NCBI GenBank assembly: GCA_025350695.1
Contig: JANXXI010000368.1
Span: 73-64,072 of the forward strand
Length of the DNA stretch: 64,000 nucleotides
Direction: 5' to 3'
From: Acidobacteriota bacterium
Lineage (GTDB): Bacteria; Acidobacteriota; Terriglobia; Bryobacterales; Bryobacteraceae
The position numbers were made by a program, and so were the translations under genes. Positions 9,008 through 18,579 of the stretch are shown one piece after another. Within the stretch, counting starts at the first letter, position 1. Each line of letters opens with the position of its first letter. The notes below the pieces were generated by a model. That model saw only the letters and a program-made list of their open reading frames with translations, had not been told where the DNA came from and made no database searches.

Positions 9008-10077
9008 GGCTTTACCTCTGGTAGATAGAAAAAGACTGCTCCCAGTATGGCGTAGACGGCAAGCAACAGGACGCCCTCCATCCAGTTCGATTCCCCGTCG
9101 TTGGTGATCTGTGTGGCGATGAGAACGCTGAGGGCTACTGCGACCACTTCTGCCTCGGTGAATACCAGATTCATGGGTGTGGGTCCGATGAAATAGCTGA
9201 CAAGAACCAGCAGCGGGGCAACGAAAACCGCAATCTGTATGCTCGATCCAAGCGCGATTCCTAAGCTCAGATCCATGCGGTCCTTCATCGCCACCATGAC
9301 GGCGGTGGAGTGTTCGGCGGCATTGCCTACGATCGCCACGACGATGACCCCGACAAAAACGCTAGTCATTCCAAATGATTGGGCGGCCACTTCCACCGAG
9401 CCTACGAGAATTTCGCTGACCCAGGCGATAAGTGCGGTAGAAGCGGCTAGTATCCCGATCGCTTTTCGGATGCTCCAAGGAGCCGACTCGCCTTCTTGAG
9501 CCTTGCCGCGTTCTCCTCCGAACAGCTGTTTGTGAGTTTTCAAGGTGAAGACCAGGCTTAAAGCATAAGTTAGAAGGAGCACAATTGATATTTCAAGAGA
9601 CAAGTCATGCTCTTTTCTTGGATGATCCCCAGCAAGGGCGTGGAAAGTAGCGGGCAGAATCAGGGCAATTGAAGCCAAAAGAAGCATGGTTGCCTGCGAG
9701 CGCGCGCCAGACCGGCTGAATTGTTGCGATTTGAACTTTAGACCGCCTGCGACGACGGAGACGCCGGTGACCAGTAACAAGTTGCCGATGATGGATCCGG
9801 TCAGCGATGCTTTGACAACGTCATGCATGCCGCGTTGTAAGGCCATCAACGCGATAATTAGCTCCGCGGCGTTCCCAAAGGTGGCGTTAAGGAGACCGCC
9901 AATCCCCTCGCCAGTATGGTGGGCCAAGTGCTCTGTTGCCTCCCCCAGCCAGCCAGCCAGGGGTAGGATGGCAAGGCACGCGGTAACAAAGATCAGGGCG
10001 TGCGAGGTCGGTTGTAAGAGCTCAAGCGCAATTGTGGCTGGTACAAATATTAAAAGCCAGTTCAAAGATGGTTTCAT
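9004..10077 (-). CDS. Ca2+/H+ antiporter (CAX / ChaA family)
   Basis: About 10-11 TM segments and duplicated alpha-repeat motifs GNAAELIIA and [10 protein letters not shown]. Length is 357 aa. Confidence 0.85.
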   Translation of the reverse strand: MKPSLNWLLIFVPATIALELLQPTSHALIFVTACLAILPLAGWLGEATEHLAHHTGEGIGGLLNATFGNAAELIIALMALQRGMHDVVKASLTGSIIGNLLLVTGVSVVAGGLKFKSQQFSRSGARSQATMLLLASIALILPATFHALAGDHPRKEHDLSLEISIVLLLTYALSLVFTLKTHKQLFGGERGKAQEGESAPWSIRKAIGILAASTALIAWVSEILVGSVEVAAQSFGMTSVFVGVIVVAIVGNAAEHSTAVMVAMKDRMDLSLGIALGSSIQIAVFVAPLLVLVSYFIGPTPMNLVFTEAEVVAVALSVLIATQITNDGESNWMEGVLLLAVYAILGAVFFYLPEVKP

Positions 10078-10207
10078 AGGCCCAGAGTGGACATGTTCTC
10101 ACACCAGGATAGCGGGGTGTTACAAGAATATCCCTATCATGAGAAATGGTTGAGGAGTCGATGGATAGATCAGAAGGGCATGGTGGGTTGTTTTAAGGAG
10201 AGTGTAA

Positions 10208-11182
10208 TTGTCAACCGATCGTTTGTTGTCGCAAGAAGAAATAGACAGCGTATTTAAGAAGATGTCGGGGACGTCTTCTAAAGATGACGCTTCAAACCAA
10301 GCACAGCCTTATGATTTTAGACGCCCGGATCGGATTGCCAAGGACCAACTTCGGGGCATCCATTTGTTGCACGAGAATTTTGCCCGAAGCTTAGCCTCAA
10401 GTCTTTCGGCTTACTTGCGAGCTTACGTAGTGGTGAATCTGGTTTCGGTTGAGCAACTGACCTTTGGGGAGTTTTCCCGGGTGATGCCTTCACCGACCTC
10501 CGTAGTCTCGCTGGGCCTGCGCCCGATTGACGGAAACGCCGTGCTTGAATTGAATCCCAGCCTGGTGTTCCCGATCTTGGAAATGCTGTTGGGGGCCGGC
10601 GCCAAAGCGGGATTGCTAAAGATTGAGCGGGAAATCACTGAAATTGAACGGAGCATAATTGAGGGACTGTACCGGATCATCCTACATGATTTGAAAAACG
10701 CTTGGCGCGGCATTTCGTTGATGGCCTTTTCCATTGAATCCCATGAAACAGAGCCATCGCTGCTTCAGATTTTAGCTCCGAATGAGGCGATTGTCGCCAT
10801 CACGCTTGAAATTCGCATTGGCGAAATGTCGGGAATGTTAAATATCGGTTTTCCCAGCATTCTAATCAAAATGCTTCGGCAGAAATTTGATCAGCAGTGG
10901 TCCGTGCGCAAATCGGAATCGACGCCAGAGGAACAAAACCGGGTGTTTCGGTTGGTGAAACAGGCGCAGATGAAAGTAGAAGTACGATTGCAAGGGCCAA
11001 CGCTAAGCGTTTCGGATCTATTGAAACTAGAGGCGGGTGACGTACTTACTTTTGACTATCCACTTAACAAGAACATCGACTTGTTAATTAATGGCAAGGT
11101 GAAACATCGAGGAGAGATAGTAGTAGCCGGTGGCAAGAGAGGCTTGTTGATCAACAAACCCTACATTCCAATGGAGGACTAG
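10208..11182 (+). CDS. fliM: Flagellar motor switch protein FliM
   Basis: TTG start preceded by AAGGAG. Has the N-terminal CheY-P binding peptide LSQEEIDSVF and a C-terminal FliN/SpoA-like domain (LKLEAGDVLTFDYPLNKNIDLLINGKVKHRGEIV). Length is 324 aa. Confidence 0.85.
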   Translation: MSTDRLLSQEEIDSVFKKMSGTSSKDDASNQAQPYDFRRPDRIAKDQLRGIHLLHENFARSLASSLSAYLRAYVVVNLVSVEQLTFGEFSRVMPSPTSVVSLGLRPIDGNAVLELNPSLVFPILEMLLGAGAKAGLLKIEREITEIERSIIEGLYRIILHDLKNAWRGISLMAFSIESHETEPSLLQILAPNEAIVAITLEIRIGEMSGMLNIGFPSILIKMLRQKFDQQWSVRKSESTPEEQNRVFRLVKQAQMKVEVRLQGPTLSVSDLLKLEAGDVLTFDYPLNKNIDLLINGKVKHRGEIVVAGGKRGLLINKPYIPMED

Positions 11183-12307
11183 CTACTCTTCCTCATCTTC
11201 TTTGTCCAGTTTGCGTCCTTCAGCTCCGATCCGCCGGAGGACCAGAAATTCGGTTAGGTTCTCGCTGGTCAACATTCCCAGGAGCTTATCCTCGTCCATA
11301 ACCAAACCACAGGCTCCGGCAGCTGCGATCGAGGGGAGCGCCTCCACAAGATCGGCGTCCGGATGCAGGCGCAGGAAATCGCGATTCATGGCGCCGGCCA
11401 CATAGGTATCGGGACCGCTTTCAGCCATTGCGCCCAGCAGAAGGTTCCTACTGAGCAGCCCAACCACTTGATCGCCGGAAACGACGGGGAAGTCTTGTTG
11501 GGACGTGGCTATCAGGCGCTTGGCGGCATCCCCTACGGTTGCTCCGTGGGAAAGTGATTCAAATTCCGTAACCATCGCTTGCTGCACTTTGACGCCTTCA
11601 AGCAAGGACTGTCCGATCTTCACCGCATTTTCCTGTGCTGCGCCGAAGTATACGAAGACGGCCACGAAGGCGAGTAAATAGTGCCCAGCGAGCAGTCCGA
11701 TCATGCCTAGAGCGACTGCTATCCCTCGACCGATGATGGAAGCGAGCCGTGCGGCTTCCGGGTCTGGCCGGAAAATGGATAGGAAGCCTCGCAGGGCTTT
11801 GCCACCGTCCATCGGATATGCCGGCAACAAATTTAAGAGAGCAAGCAAGATATTGGCCAGGATGGATTTGACAAGCAGATCTTCCTCAGGATTCCGAAGA
11901 AGGATCTCCGTCTTTCCCATTCCTTCGTGGAACACCCGCCAGACCAGCAGGCTGCCTGCCACAAGCAAGTTTGCTGCTGGGCCAGCCAAGGATATCCACA
12001 ATTCTTCACGATTGGTAGGTTGCTTACTGAGCCTTGCCACGCCGCCAACGGGAAACATAATAATTTCTTGCGTTCGTATTTTGAAACGGCTACTGGCGAA
12101 AGCATGGCCTGCTTCGTGGATCAGAACCGACGCAAATAAGGCGAGCATGTAGAGTCCTTGATCGAGAGGACTTCCCGAGGAGGAGAAGACCAGGACGATG
12201 AAGAGAATCACAAAGGTGAAATGAAGACGGATGGAGACGCCCGCCAACGAGCCGATGAAAAGAGTGCCAGATTGGTTCAATTGATCCTTATCGGTGTGGG
12301 AGTCCAA
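11183..12307 (-). CDS. Site-2 protease family (M50) metalloprotease with a CBS-domain pair
   Basis: HEAGHAF (HExxH) lies within a TM segment. The second motif is NLLPAYPMDGG. The C-terminal CBS pair includes FPVVSGDQVVGLLS and GLVMDEDKLLGMLT. Confidence 0.85.
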   Translation of the reverse strand: MDSHTDKDQLNQSGTLFIGSLAGVSIRLHFTFVILFIVLVFSSSGSPLDQGLYMLALFASVLIHEAGHAFASSRFKIRTQEIIMFPVGGVARLSKQPTNREELWISLAGPAANLLVAGSLLVWRVFHEGMGKTEILLRNPEEDLLVKSILANILLALLNLLPAYPMDGGKALRGFLSIFRPDPEAARLASIIGRGIAVALGMIGLLAGHYLLAFVAVFVYFGAAQENAVKIGQSLLEGVKVQQAMVTEFESLSHGATVGDAAKRLIATSQQDFPVVSGDQVVGLLSRNLLLGAMAESGPDTYVAGAMNRDFLRLHPDADLVEALPSIAAAGACGLVMDEDKLLGMLTSENLTEFLVLRRIGAEGRKLDKEDEEE

Positions 12308-12342
12308 GAGAGTAGCCCTACTTTCACTCTACGACAAACTTA

Positions 12343-13515
12343 TCACAGGCCGTGCTTTTCCAATTCGGCCCTTAGCTGTGAAATAGCTTCTGTTGATGGC
12401 AAACTGCCTTGGGCGAATGTGGCGCTGCCTCCGCCCTTACCTCCAACGATCGCAAATGCATTTTTTAGTAAGTTGCCCGCGTGGTGGCCTGAATCGACCG
12501 AGCAGGCAACCATTGCCGACGGTGGATTCGTTGAATAGATCTGGTATATCGCCTTGCCGCAAGCAGCAAAATTCTGGGCGACCGAACGATCTTCTTCGCT
12601 CACCGCGACAGCAACGATACGGGTGAGGTGCTTCAATCCGTTTTCTTGAACAGGGGTGGCGGCGTGAAGGTCGCGCCCTTCGGTTTCGGCAATCTTCGCC
12701 GAAAGTGTGCGAATCAGCTTGTCCTGATTTTTGACGCGTTCAACCACCGTTGCCACAGAGGCGCCGGTGTCGGAGAGCGAACAGGAAAATTGCTTGGCGA
12801 TTGAATTCAAGGCTTCGTAGTCTTTGCCGGCTTGTTCAATTGCTCTCGAACCGCACAGGAATTCCACGCGAACGTTGCCGCGGATCTTATCTAATCGCCG
12901 TAGAAGAATAGGACCTATCTCACCGGTGTGACGAACGTGTGTGCCGCCGCACGCGCTTTTGTCCAGCCTATCGATTGAAATGATGCGAAGCTGGCCTTGA
13001 CGAACACTCGCCTTGCGCAGGCCTTCGGCGCTTTCGGCGTCTTCATATCCAACATGCACGAGGCGGTTTTCCATCACTATCATGTTCGCCTGCCGTTCCA
13101 CCATTTGCACGTCCCCTGCTGTGAGTGCGGGAATTTCAAGGTCCACGGTCGAAGATTCGTTCCCGAAATGGACGCTGGCGGTACGGGCTCTCAGTTCGGC
13201 TTCAAACACGGCGCTCAACAGGTGTTGGCCGCTGTGCTGGCGCATGAAATCGAGGCGTCTGTTCCAATTGATGGTAGCTTGAACTTTGCTCGAAGTAAGA
13301 GGTGAGGCTAAAAGGTGTGCAACTCGTTCTTCCTCATCCACCACCTCGACGACTGCGATACCGTTGATTTCGCCCAGATCGTGAGGTTGGCCCCCTGACG
13401 TTGGATAGAAAGCGGTGCGGTTTAAATAGAGACGGCGGCCATCGTCGGCCGCCTCCTCTACTTCCGCTTCGAAATGTTTGAGATAAGAATCGTTGTAATA
13501 AAGGCGATCGGTCAT
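12343..13515 (-). CDS. alaX: Alanyl-tRNA editing protein (AlaX-L type: editing/SAD domain + DHHA1)
   Basis: Zinc motifs HSGQHLL and CGGTHV. The C-terminal DHHA1-like stretch is GGKGGGSATFAQG. Length is 390 aa. Confidence 0.85.
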   Translation of the reverse strand: MTDRLYYNDSYLKHFEAEVEEAADDGRRLYLNRTAFYPTSGGQPHDLGEINGIAVVEVVDEEERVAHLLASPLTSSKVQATINWNRRLDFMRQHSGQHLLSAVFEAELRARTASVHFGNESSTVDLEIPALTAGDVQMVERQANMIVMENRLVHVGYEDAESAEGLRKASVRQGQLRIISIDRLDKSACGGTHVRHTGEIGPILLRRLDKIRGNVRVEFLCGSRAIEQAGKDYEALNSIAKQFSCSLSDTGASVATVVERVKNQDKLIRTLSAKIAETEGRDLHAATPVQENGLKHLTRIVAVAVSEEDRSVAQNFAACGKAIYQIYSTNPPSAMVACSVDSGHHAGNLLKNAFAIVGGKGGGSATFAQGSLPSTEAISQLRAELEKHGL

Positions 13516-15233
13516 TGCACGGCAATCTCCACACGATTACTGGTCACTTGGCCGACACTAAGTTCAAGGACAACCCGGCTACCTTTCGGAGAATCGGACG
13601 GCACCTGAGCATTGATCTGGTAAAGGCCAACAAAGTTAGGCGTGAGTCCAACGAACTGGGGTCTGACCGGTAACGAACTTCCATTGGGAGAGCCAATTCC
13701 GAAGGTGACGGTAGTGGCAGCCGTAACGGAAGCCAGGTTCGTGGCTGGTGAGGCCGCTCCGCTCACCACGGCTGGAGTTGTTTGGCCGAGCCCTAAAGCG
13801 TACATCACAAGTACCTCGCCGGCGCGGGCCGGGCGCGAATTGATTCCAGGTGTTGCGGGAATAGGGAACGATTGGTCCTGATTGACGAGGATTCCATACT
13901 CGCCGATGCCAAGGCGTAACAACTTCGGCGCTCTGGCGGCGATGCGGATGGACACCTGGTTGCCTGCCTGACCGCCTCGTTCGACGCGCACCGTACCTGT
14001 CCCGATGGCCGCGTCATAGGGCACTTGGAAATTTATCTGATCGTACTGCGTATAGTAGACCGGCGCAGCAACTCCATTAACAAGCACGCGGGCGCCGCCC
14101 ATGGTTGTTGGAAGAGGTAATGTCGTGGCGGAAACGGGGTCAACGGTGGTTAATTGCTCGCCGAACAAAGCGACAATCGTTCCTTGGCCAATTTCTTCAT
14201 CCGCGGCGAAGGTGGCGTTGTTGGCGACCCGAATCGCCACTGGAGGGCCTTGCGGGAAAACCGTCAATGTGACGGGGACCGTTTGTGCGCCATTAGCGGC
14301 ATTGCTTTGAACCGCAATGCTGCCGCTATAACTACCGGGCGCAAGGGCGCTTGAATCAATATTGACGTCGAAGATATTGAATTGGGGGAAAGGTGTCACC
14401 GTCAGCCAAGAACCGCCGCTGGCCGTCACCGGTCCGAGGGATAAGGCGCCGGAGCCACGATTGGCGTATGTGAACCGGAAAAAACGCTTAGGTGCGCCCG
14501 TTGCCGACGAGACAACCAGAGAGTTACTGGAAAGTTGAATAATTGGTTGCGAAGTAACGTGCAGGATGACGTTTACGTTTTTGTTATCGGAAGCAAGACC
14601 TGAGCCAGTTACGGCAACCGAACCCGTGTAAATTCCTTCGGCCATACCCGGAAGATGCTTGCCGGCAATGCTGAACGGAAGTGCATAAGCGAATGTGGAT
14701 AAGCCGGAAAATCCGAAGGAGAGCCAATTACCTCCCTGCGAAGAGACTGCCCCGTTTACGAAATTGTTAGTAGAAACTCGCAAAGCATCCTGAGATCCAT
14801 TTGGAGCAACGTAGAGGTCCACCGTGTTGGGGATGGTTCCGCCAACCGCGATCGTGACTGTAACCGACTGAGGCGCGTCGATAGCATTTGGATCGGAAAT
14901 GGTCACGATGCCCGTATAGGTTCCAGCGGCGAGAGCGCCAGTTGTGAAAGTTAGGGTAATAGGTATGCAACTTGAGGAGCCCAGAATGGCGCACGGGTGA
15001 GCCGATTCTATCGTTGTCTTGAGCCAATTGGACGAAGAAGTTGCTTGCAGGTTCAAGCTTCCGCTACCCGGATTGTTCGCTTCAAGTGATTGTGTCGCGG
15101 CGTTTGCGCCTGTAGCGACAGTAATCGGACCCACTGCTGTTGTGGAAAGCCGCAGGCGCGGCTGGGCGTGTAGGAAAGAAAGCGGCAACGTTGCAAGGAT
15201 CGCAATCGATCGGACAGCTGAATTCAAACCCAT
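13512..15233 (-). CDS. Secreted Ig-like repeat protein with a TIGR03437-like C-terminal domain
   Basis: Signal peptide MGLNSAVRSIAILATLPLSFLHAQ, with the internal Met chosen as start. The C-terminal ~190 aa parallel the C-terminus of 22356..25433 and end in EIAVQ. Confidence 0.75.
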   Translation of the reverse strand: MGLNSAVRSIAILATLPLSFLHAQPRLRLSTTAVGPITVATGANAATQSLEANNPGSGSLNLQATSSSNWLKTTIESAHPCAILGSSSCIPITLTFTTGALAAGTYTGIVTISDPNAIDAPQSVTVTIAVGGTIPNTVDLYVAPNGSQDALRVSTNNFVNGAVSSQGGNWLSFGFSGLSTFAYALPFSIAGKHLPGMAEGIYTGSVAVTGSGLASDNKNVNVILHVTSQPIIQLSSNSLVVSSATGAPKRFFRFTYANRGSGALSLGPVTASGGSWLTVTPFPQFNIFDVNIDSSALAPGSYSGSIAVQSNAANGAQTVPVTLTVFPQGPPVAIRVANNATFAADEEIGQGTIVALFGEQLTTVDPVSATTLPLPTTMGGARVLVNGVAAPVYYTQYDQINFQVPYDAAIGTGTVRVERGGQAGNQVSIRIAARAPKLLRLGIGEYGILVNQDQSFPIPATPGINSRPARAGEVLVMYALGLGQTTPAVVSGAASPATNLASVTAATTVTFGIGSPNGSSLPVRPQFVGLTPNFVGLYQINAQVPSDSPKGSRVVLELSVGQVTSNRVEIAVQ

Positions 15234-15580
15234 TCTAGTGCTCCTTTTTTGTAAGCCCAAACATAACCAGCGATGAGGATCGCGAGGAAAACGGCGATCT
15301 CAATGACACCAAACCAACCAAGTTGGTGAAACCGGACCGCCCAGGGGTACAGAAATACAGTTTCCACATCGAAGATGACGAACAGGATGCTGATTATGTA
15401 GAAGCGCACGGCATAACGGCCGCGCGAATTCCCTACGGCTTCGATGCCGCATTCATACGCTTCCAGCTTAAGTTTCGATGGAGAAGAGGGCCGGACCAGT
15501 TTCGCCGCCAAGATGGCAATGACCGGAAACGCCATGGCGACAATCAGGAAAAGAAAAATCGGTAAGTAGCCTTTCGGCAT
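15224..15580 (-). CDS. nuoA: NADH-quinone oxidoreductase subunit A (ND3 family)
   Basis: 118 aa, 3 TM, with YECG, FVIFDVETVFLYPWA and KKGALEWV, which are typical of NuoA. Confidence 0.9.
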   Translation of the reverse strand: MPKGYLPIFLFLIVAMAFPVIAILAAKLVRPSSPSKLKLEAYECGIEAVGNSRGRYAVRFYIISILFVIFDVETVFLYPWAVRFHQLGWFGVIEIAVFLAILIAGYVWAYKKGALEWV

Positions 15581-15658
15581 GCCCTTCGATTATAACGTTC
15601 TTAGCGGCAGTACCAGGTAAACTTGCAACTTTTAATAAGAGAGATAATCTAAAGATAC

Positions 15659-16303
15659 ATGTTCAGTACAATCCGCGAACAGATTCAAACTGTATTTCGT
15701 GAAGATCCCGCCGCCAAAAGTGTGCTGGAGATTGTTCTTTGCTATCCGGGGCTCCATGCGATTTTGTTGCACCGCTTGGCCCATAGGCTTTATGTTGCCG
15801 GTATACCGCTAGTTCCGCGATTGATTTCACAATTCAGCCGTCTAATCACTGGCATTGAAATCCATCCCGGAGCGAGGATCGGCCGGCGCTTCTTTATCGA
15901 CCACGGAATGGGTGTGGTGATCGGGCAGACTGCGGAAATAGGTGACGACGTTCTAATCTATCAGGGCGTAACTTTGGGCGGGACCGGCAAGGATCGCGGA
16001 AAACGGCACCCAACGGTGGGCGACAAAGTTGTGATCGGTACGGGAGCGAAAGTTCTAGGCAACATCCGCATAGGCGATCATGCCAAGATTGGAGCTGGCT
16101 CAGTTGTTGTGCATAATGTGCCCGACCATTCCACGGTGGTGGGTATTCCGGGCAGAGTTGTTCGCTACAAGGGCGTCATTGCCGAGGAAGAATTGGAGCA
16201 TGGCGCGTTACCAGATCCAGAGGCCCAGGCTATGGCTGACCTGACGGCGCGGGTTGAGCATCTTGAGGCTCTGCTGAAAGAGTCGCGTCAAGTTAAGTTC
16301 TGA
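15659..16303 (+). CDS. cysE: Serine O-acetyltransferase
   Basis: Has the CysE N-terminal helical region ([27 protein letters not shown]) and hexapeptide repeats ([24 protein letters not shown]). Confidence 0.9.
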   Translation: MFSTIREQIQTVFREDPAAKSVLEIVLCYPGLHAILLHRLAHRLYVAGIPLVPRLISQFSRLITGIEIHPGARIGRRFFIDHGMGVVIGQTAEIGDDVLIYQGVTLGGTGKDRGKRHPTVGDKVVIGTGAKVLGNIRIGDHAKIGAGSVVVHNVPDHSTVVGIPGRVVRYKGVIAEEELEHGALPDPEAQAMADLTARVEHLEALLKESRQVKF

Positions 16304-16395
16304 TGCGCCATTAACAAAGCCGCCACGGCCTACAACACCTGAGCAGGGCGTCCTTGTGGGTCGCCCGCCGAAGGCGCTTCCCCACAATTACTCGA

Positions 16396-17772
16396 TTACT
16401 TTGGCGTTCCTTTGAACTTGGGACCAGTATAGGGCGCTTTGTCCCAGAATTCCGTTCGGCCTTTTGCTGCTCGGGGATCGCCCGTCGCCTTCATCCAACT
16501 ATCGACGCGTCCGGCCAATTCTCTACGCTGCTTTGCATAGGCGGGCTCGCTGGCAACGTTCCTTACTTGCCCAGGGTCGTTGCGCAAATCAAATAATTCC
16601 TCCGTTGGCCGCTTGCCTAACGTCAAATCGAAGTAAGGTTGGGGTTTCTCCCGGAGCAACAGCTGTTTGGTTGGAGAATCATCCATGTCCCCATAGGAGC
16701 CTACGGCCCAATAGAATTCAGGATCTCCGGCCGGCCAACGGTCTGGTTCAAAATTCCGCAAGTAAAGAAAATCTCGCGTTCTGATTCCCCGAACGGGGTA
16801 ACTCAAATCACCCTTGCGCACGTTGGCATGCCGTTCACGCTCGAGGAATATATGATCTGCTGGGCGGGACGATAGCAAGCTGCTGGCTGTCATCGCCGCG
16901 GGCTTCTTCACGCGGGCAGCATCCAAAAACGTTGGAGCCAAATCTGCGATAGAAACGAAATCTTCGCGCACGCCGGTATGCTGCTTGTTCGGGAATCGGA
17001 TCGCCAACGGAATCCGCACGCCCAAGTCATAACAATTGCCCAACCCGCGAGGCATCTGCCATCCGTTGTCGCTGGTCATCACCACTACCGTCTTGTCTAT
17101 ATCGACGAACGTCAGCAACTCCGCGCATTCCGAATCGAAAGTTTCCACTTCCGCGTAGTAACTCAGGATGTCTTCCCGCACCACGTCGCCATTCGGTAGA
17201 TGCGCTGGAACGACAACCTTGCTCTTTTCAAAGCGGGCTTTGCGTTCCTGTCCGCGATTCCAAGGCACATGGGGATCGTGACTTCCAAACCAAAAACAGA
17301 AGGGAGCGCCAGCCGGCTTGGCCGCAAGGAACGCATGGAAGTCCTTGAACTGTCGCCCCGCCGGATTTTCCTTCCTATTCTCCGACGATCCCGGCCCCCA
17401 ACCCTTCCCACTGAATCCGCAAAAATAGCCCGCTTTTTCGAGAAGATTCACATAGGTGATGTGATGTGGCCCTAGTGGTCCATAGAGGCTTGCGGCTTCG
17501 CCTAGCCGATGCGTTTCCTGCCCTGTCAGCAAACTGGATCGCGAAGGGGAACACGATGGATTCGGAGCAAAGGCACTTTTGAATAGAAGGCCCTCCGAAG
17601 CCAGGCGGTCGAACGTGGGAGTGTGCAAAACCGGATCGCCGTAGATGCTGGCGTGCGGAAATGCCCAGTTGTCAGCGAGCAATAAGAGTATATTCGGTTT
17701 AATTGGAGCTTGCGCAGCCAAGGCAATGGACGAACCAAGAAAGGCTCTTCTGGTTAGGGAATGATCGGACAC
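16396..17772 (-). CDS. Sulfatase (formylglycine-dependent, N-sulfoglucosamine sulfohydrolase-like), TAT signal
   Basis: TRRAFLGSS twin-arginine signal, LLLLADNW, and the active-site box CSPSRSSLLTG (CxPxR). Length is 458 aa. Confidence 0.9.
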   Translation of the reverse strand: MSDHSLTRRAFLGSSIALAAQAPIKPNILLLLADNWAFPHASIYGDPVLHTPTFDRLASEGLLFKSAFAPNPSCSPSRSSLLTGQETHRLGEAASLYGPLGPHHITYVNLLEKAGYFCGFSGKGWGPGSSENRKENPAGRQFKDFHAFLAAKPAGAPFCFWFGSHDPHVPWNRGQERKARFEKSKVVVPAHLPNGDVVREDILSYYAEVETFDSECAELLTFVDIDKTVVVMTSDNGWQMPRGLGNCYDLGVRIPLAIRFPNKQHTGVREDFVSIADLAPTFLDAARVKKPAAMTASSLLSSRPADHIFLERERHANVRKGDLSYPVRGIRTRDFLYLRNFEPDRWPAGDPEFYWAVGSYGDMDDSPTKQLLLREKPQPYFDLTLGKRPTEELFDLRNDPGQVRNVASEPAYAKQRRELAGRVDSWMKATGDPRAAKGRTEFWDKAPYTGPKFKGTPK

Positions 17773-17888
17773 TCGAACAGCTTATCGCAGTCAAGAGCCG
17801 TTGGATCGTTAATTGACATTTACCACAGCACTTTGGTCACTCAGGTTCAATCGAATGATTCGGGGATCGTTTTTATTATTGAGTTCGT

Positions 17889-17897
17889 GGGGGGGGG
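17889..17897. repeat. G9 homopolymer tract in the intergenic region upstream of the sulfatase gene
   Basis: Counted directly: gtGGGGGGGGGcag. It lies 117-125 nt upstream of the sulfatase start at 17772. Confidence 0.9.
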
Positions 17898-17969
17898 CAG
17901 AACATGCCGGATTGGGAATTTACGAAGTCGGAACTCACGACCGTCACCCCAGGGCATTCAGCTCCGAGC

Positions 17970-18497
17970 CTAGTCCAGTGCGGCAAAAATATCTTTACAG
18001 GATATGGAAATCTCGCCAGCAGTTAACGATTTATCCGCTGGGACTTCAACGGGCCGCTGACCCGCGCAATATTCCCAACTGCGGCGTGCTTCAGGGTCAA
18101 GGATCCAAACGGTCTGAACACCCCAGGCATGATAGGCCTCGGCTTTGGCGAATGCTTCACTGACTCTCTCGGTCGGCGAAAGGATTTTAATGCAAAGGTG
18201 GACTGGTTGAGTGGAATAGGGATCCTGGAGGTTCTTCCGGTCCTGGACGATGACGTCCGGGATGAGGACCTTGGTCGGACTAATTTGGATGGAAATTTCC
18301 GATCCTGCTTCGTACTCTTTGAAAGTTGCATTGATCAAAGCAGCGATCCGGGCTTGAATAATTCCGTTTTTTCGAGTTCCCAGGGGTTTCGCGTAAAGCA
18401 CTCCATCAACGTACTCACACGAAGGCTTGTAGTTGGTTGCCAAATAATCCGTAACCGAAATCAGCTGAGTAGATTCCGCCATAGGGTCATCATACAC
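17970..18497 (-). CDS. Uma2-family endonuclease (DUF820)
   Basis: PD-(D/E)xK-like core IPDVIV...CIKILSPTE...KAEAYHAWGVQTVWILDP, typical of Uma2 proteins. Length is 175 aa. Confidence 0.75.
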   Translation of the reverse strand: MYDDPMAESTQLISVTDYLATNYKPSCEYVDGVLYAKPLGTRKNGIIQARIAALINATFKEYEAGSEISIQISPTKVLIPDVIVQDRKNLQDPYSTQPVHLCIKILSPTERVSEAFAKAEAYHAWGVQTVWILDPEARRSWEYCAGQRPVEVPADKSLTAGEISISCKDIFAALD

Positions 18498-18579
18498 CCT
18501 CCTGTCACCTCGGAAAAACGCAGCCTCTTGCTAAAAACATTGAGAATTCCTCCTCCGAAATCACACCAAATAACTAAGC

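Noticed and set aside
10078-10207. Sigma-54 or sigma-28 promoter elements upstream of the orphan fliM
   Set aside because: I found no GG-N10-GC element, and no TAAA-N15-GCCGATAA-like element with acceptable matches. Only the AAGGAG RBS is clear.
17970-18497. The Uma2 endonuclease as a marker of a defence or mobile island
   Set aside because: It is a single gene with no partner (methylase, toxin/antitoxin, integrase or transposase) on either side. The flanks are housekeeping dprA-topA and a sulfatase. I saw no obvious composition shift by eye.
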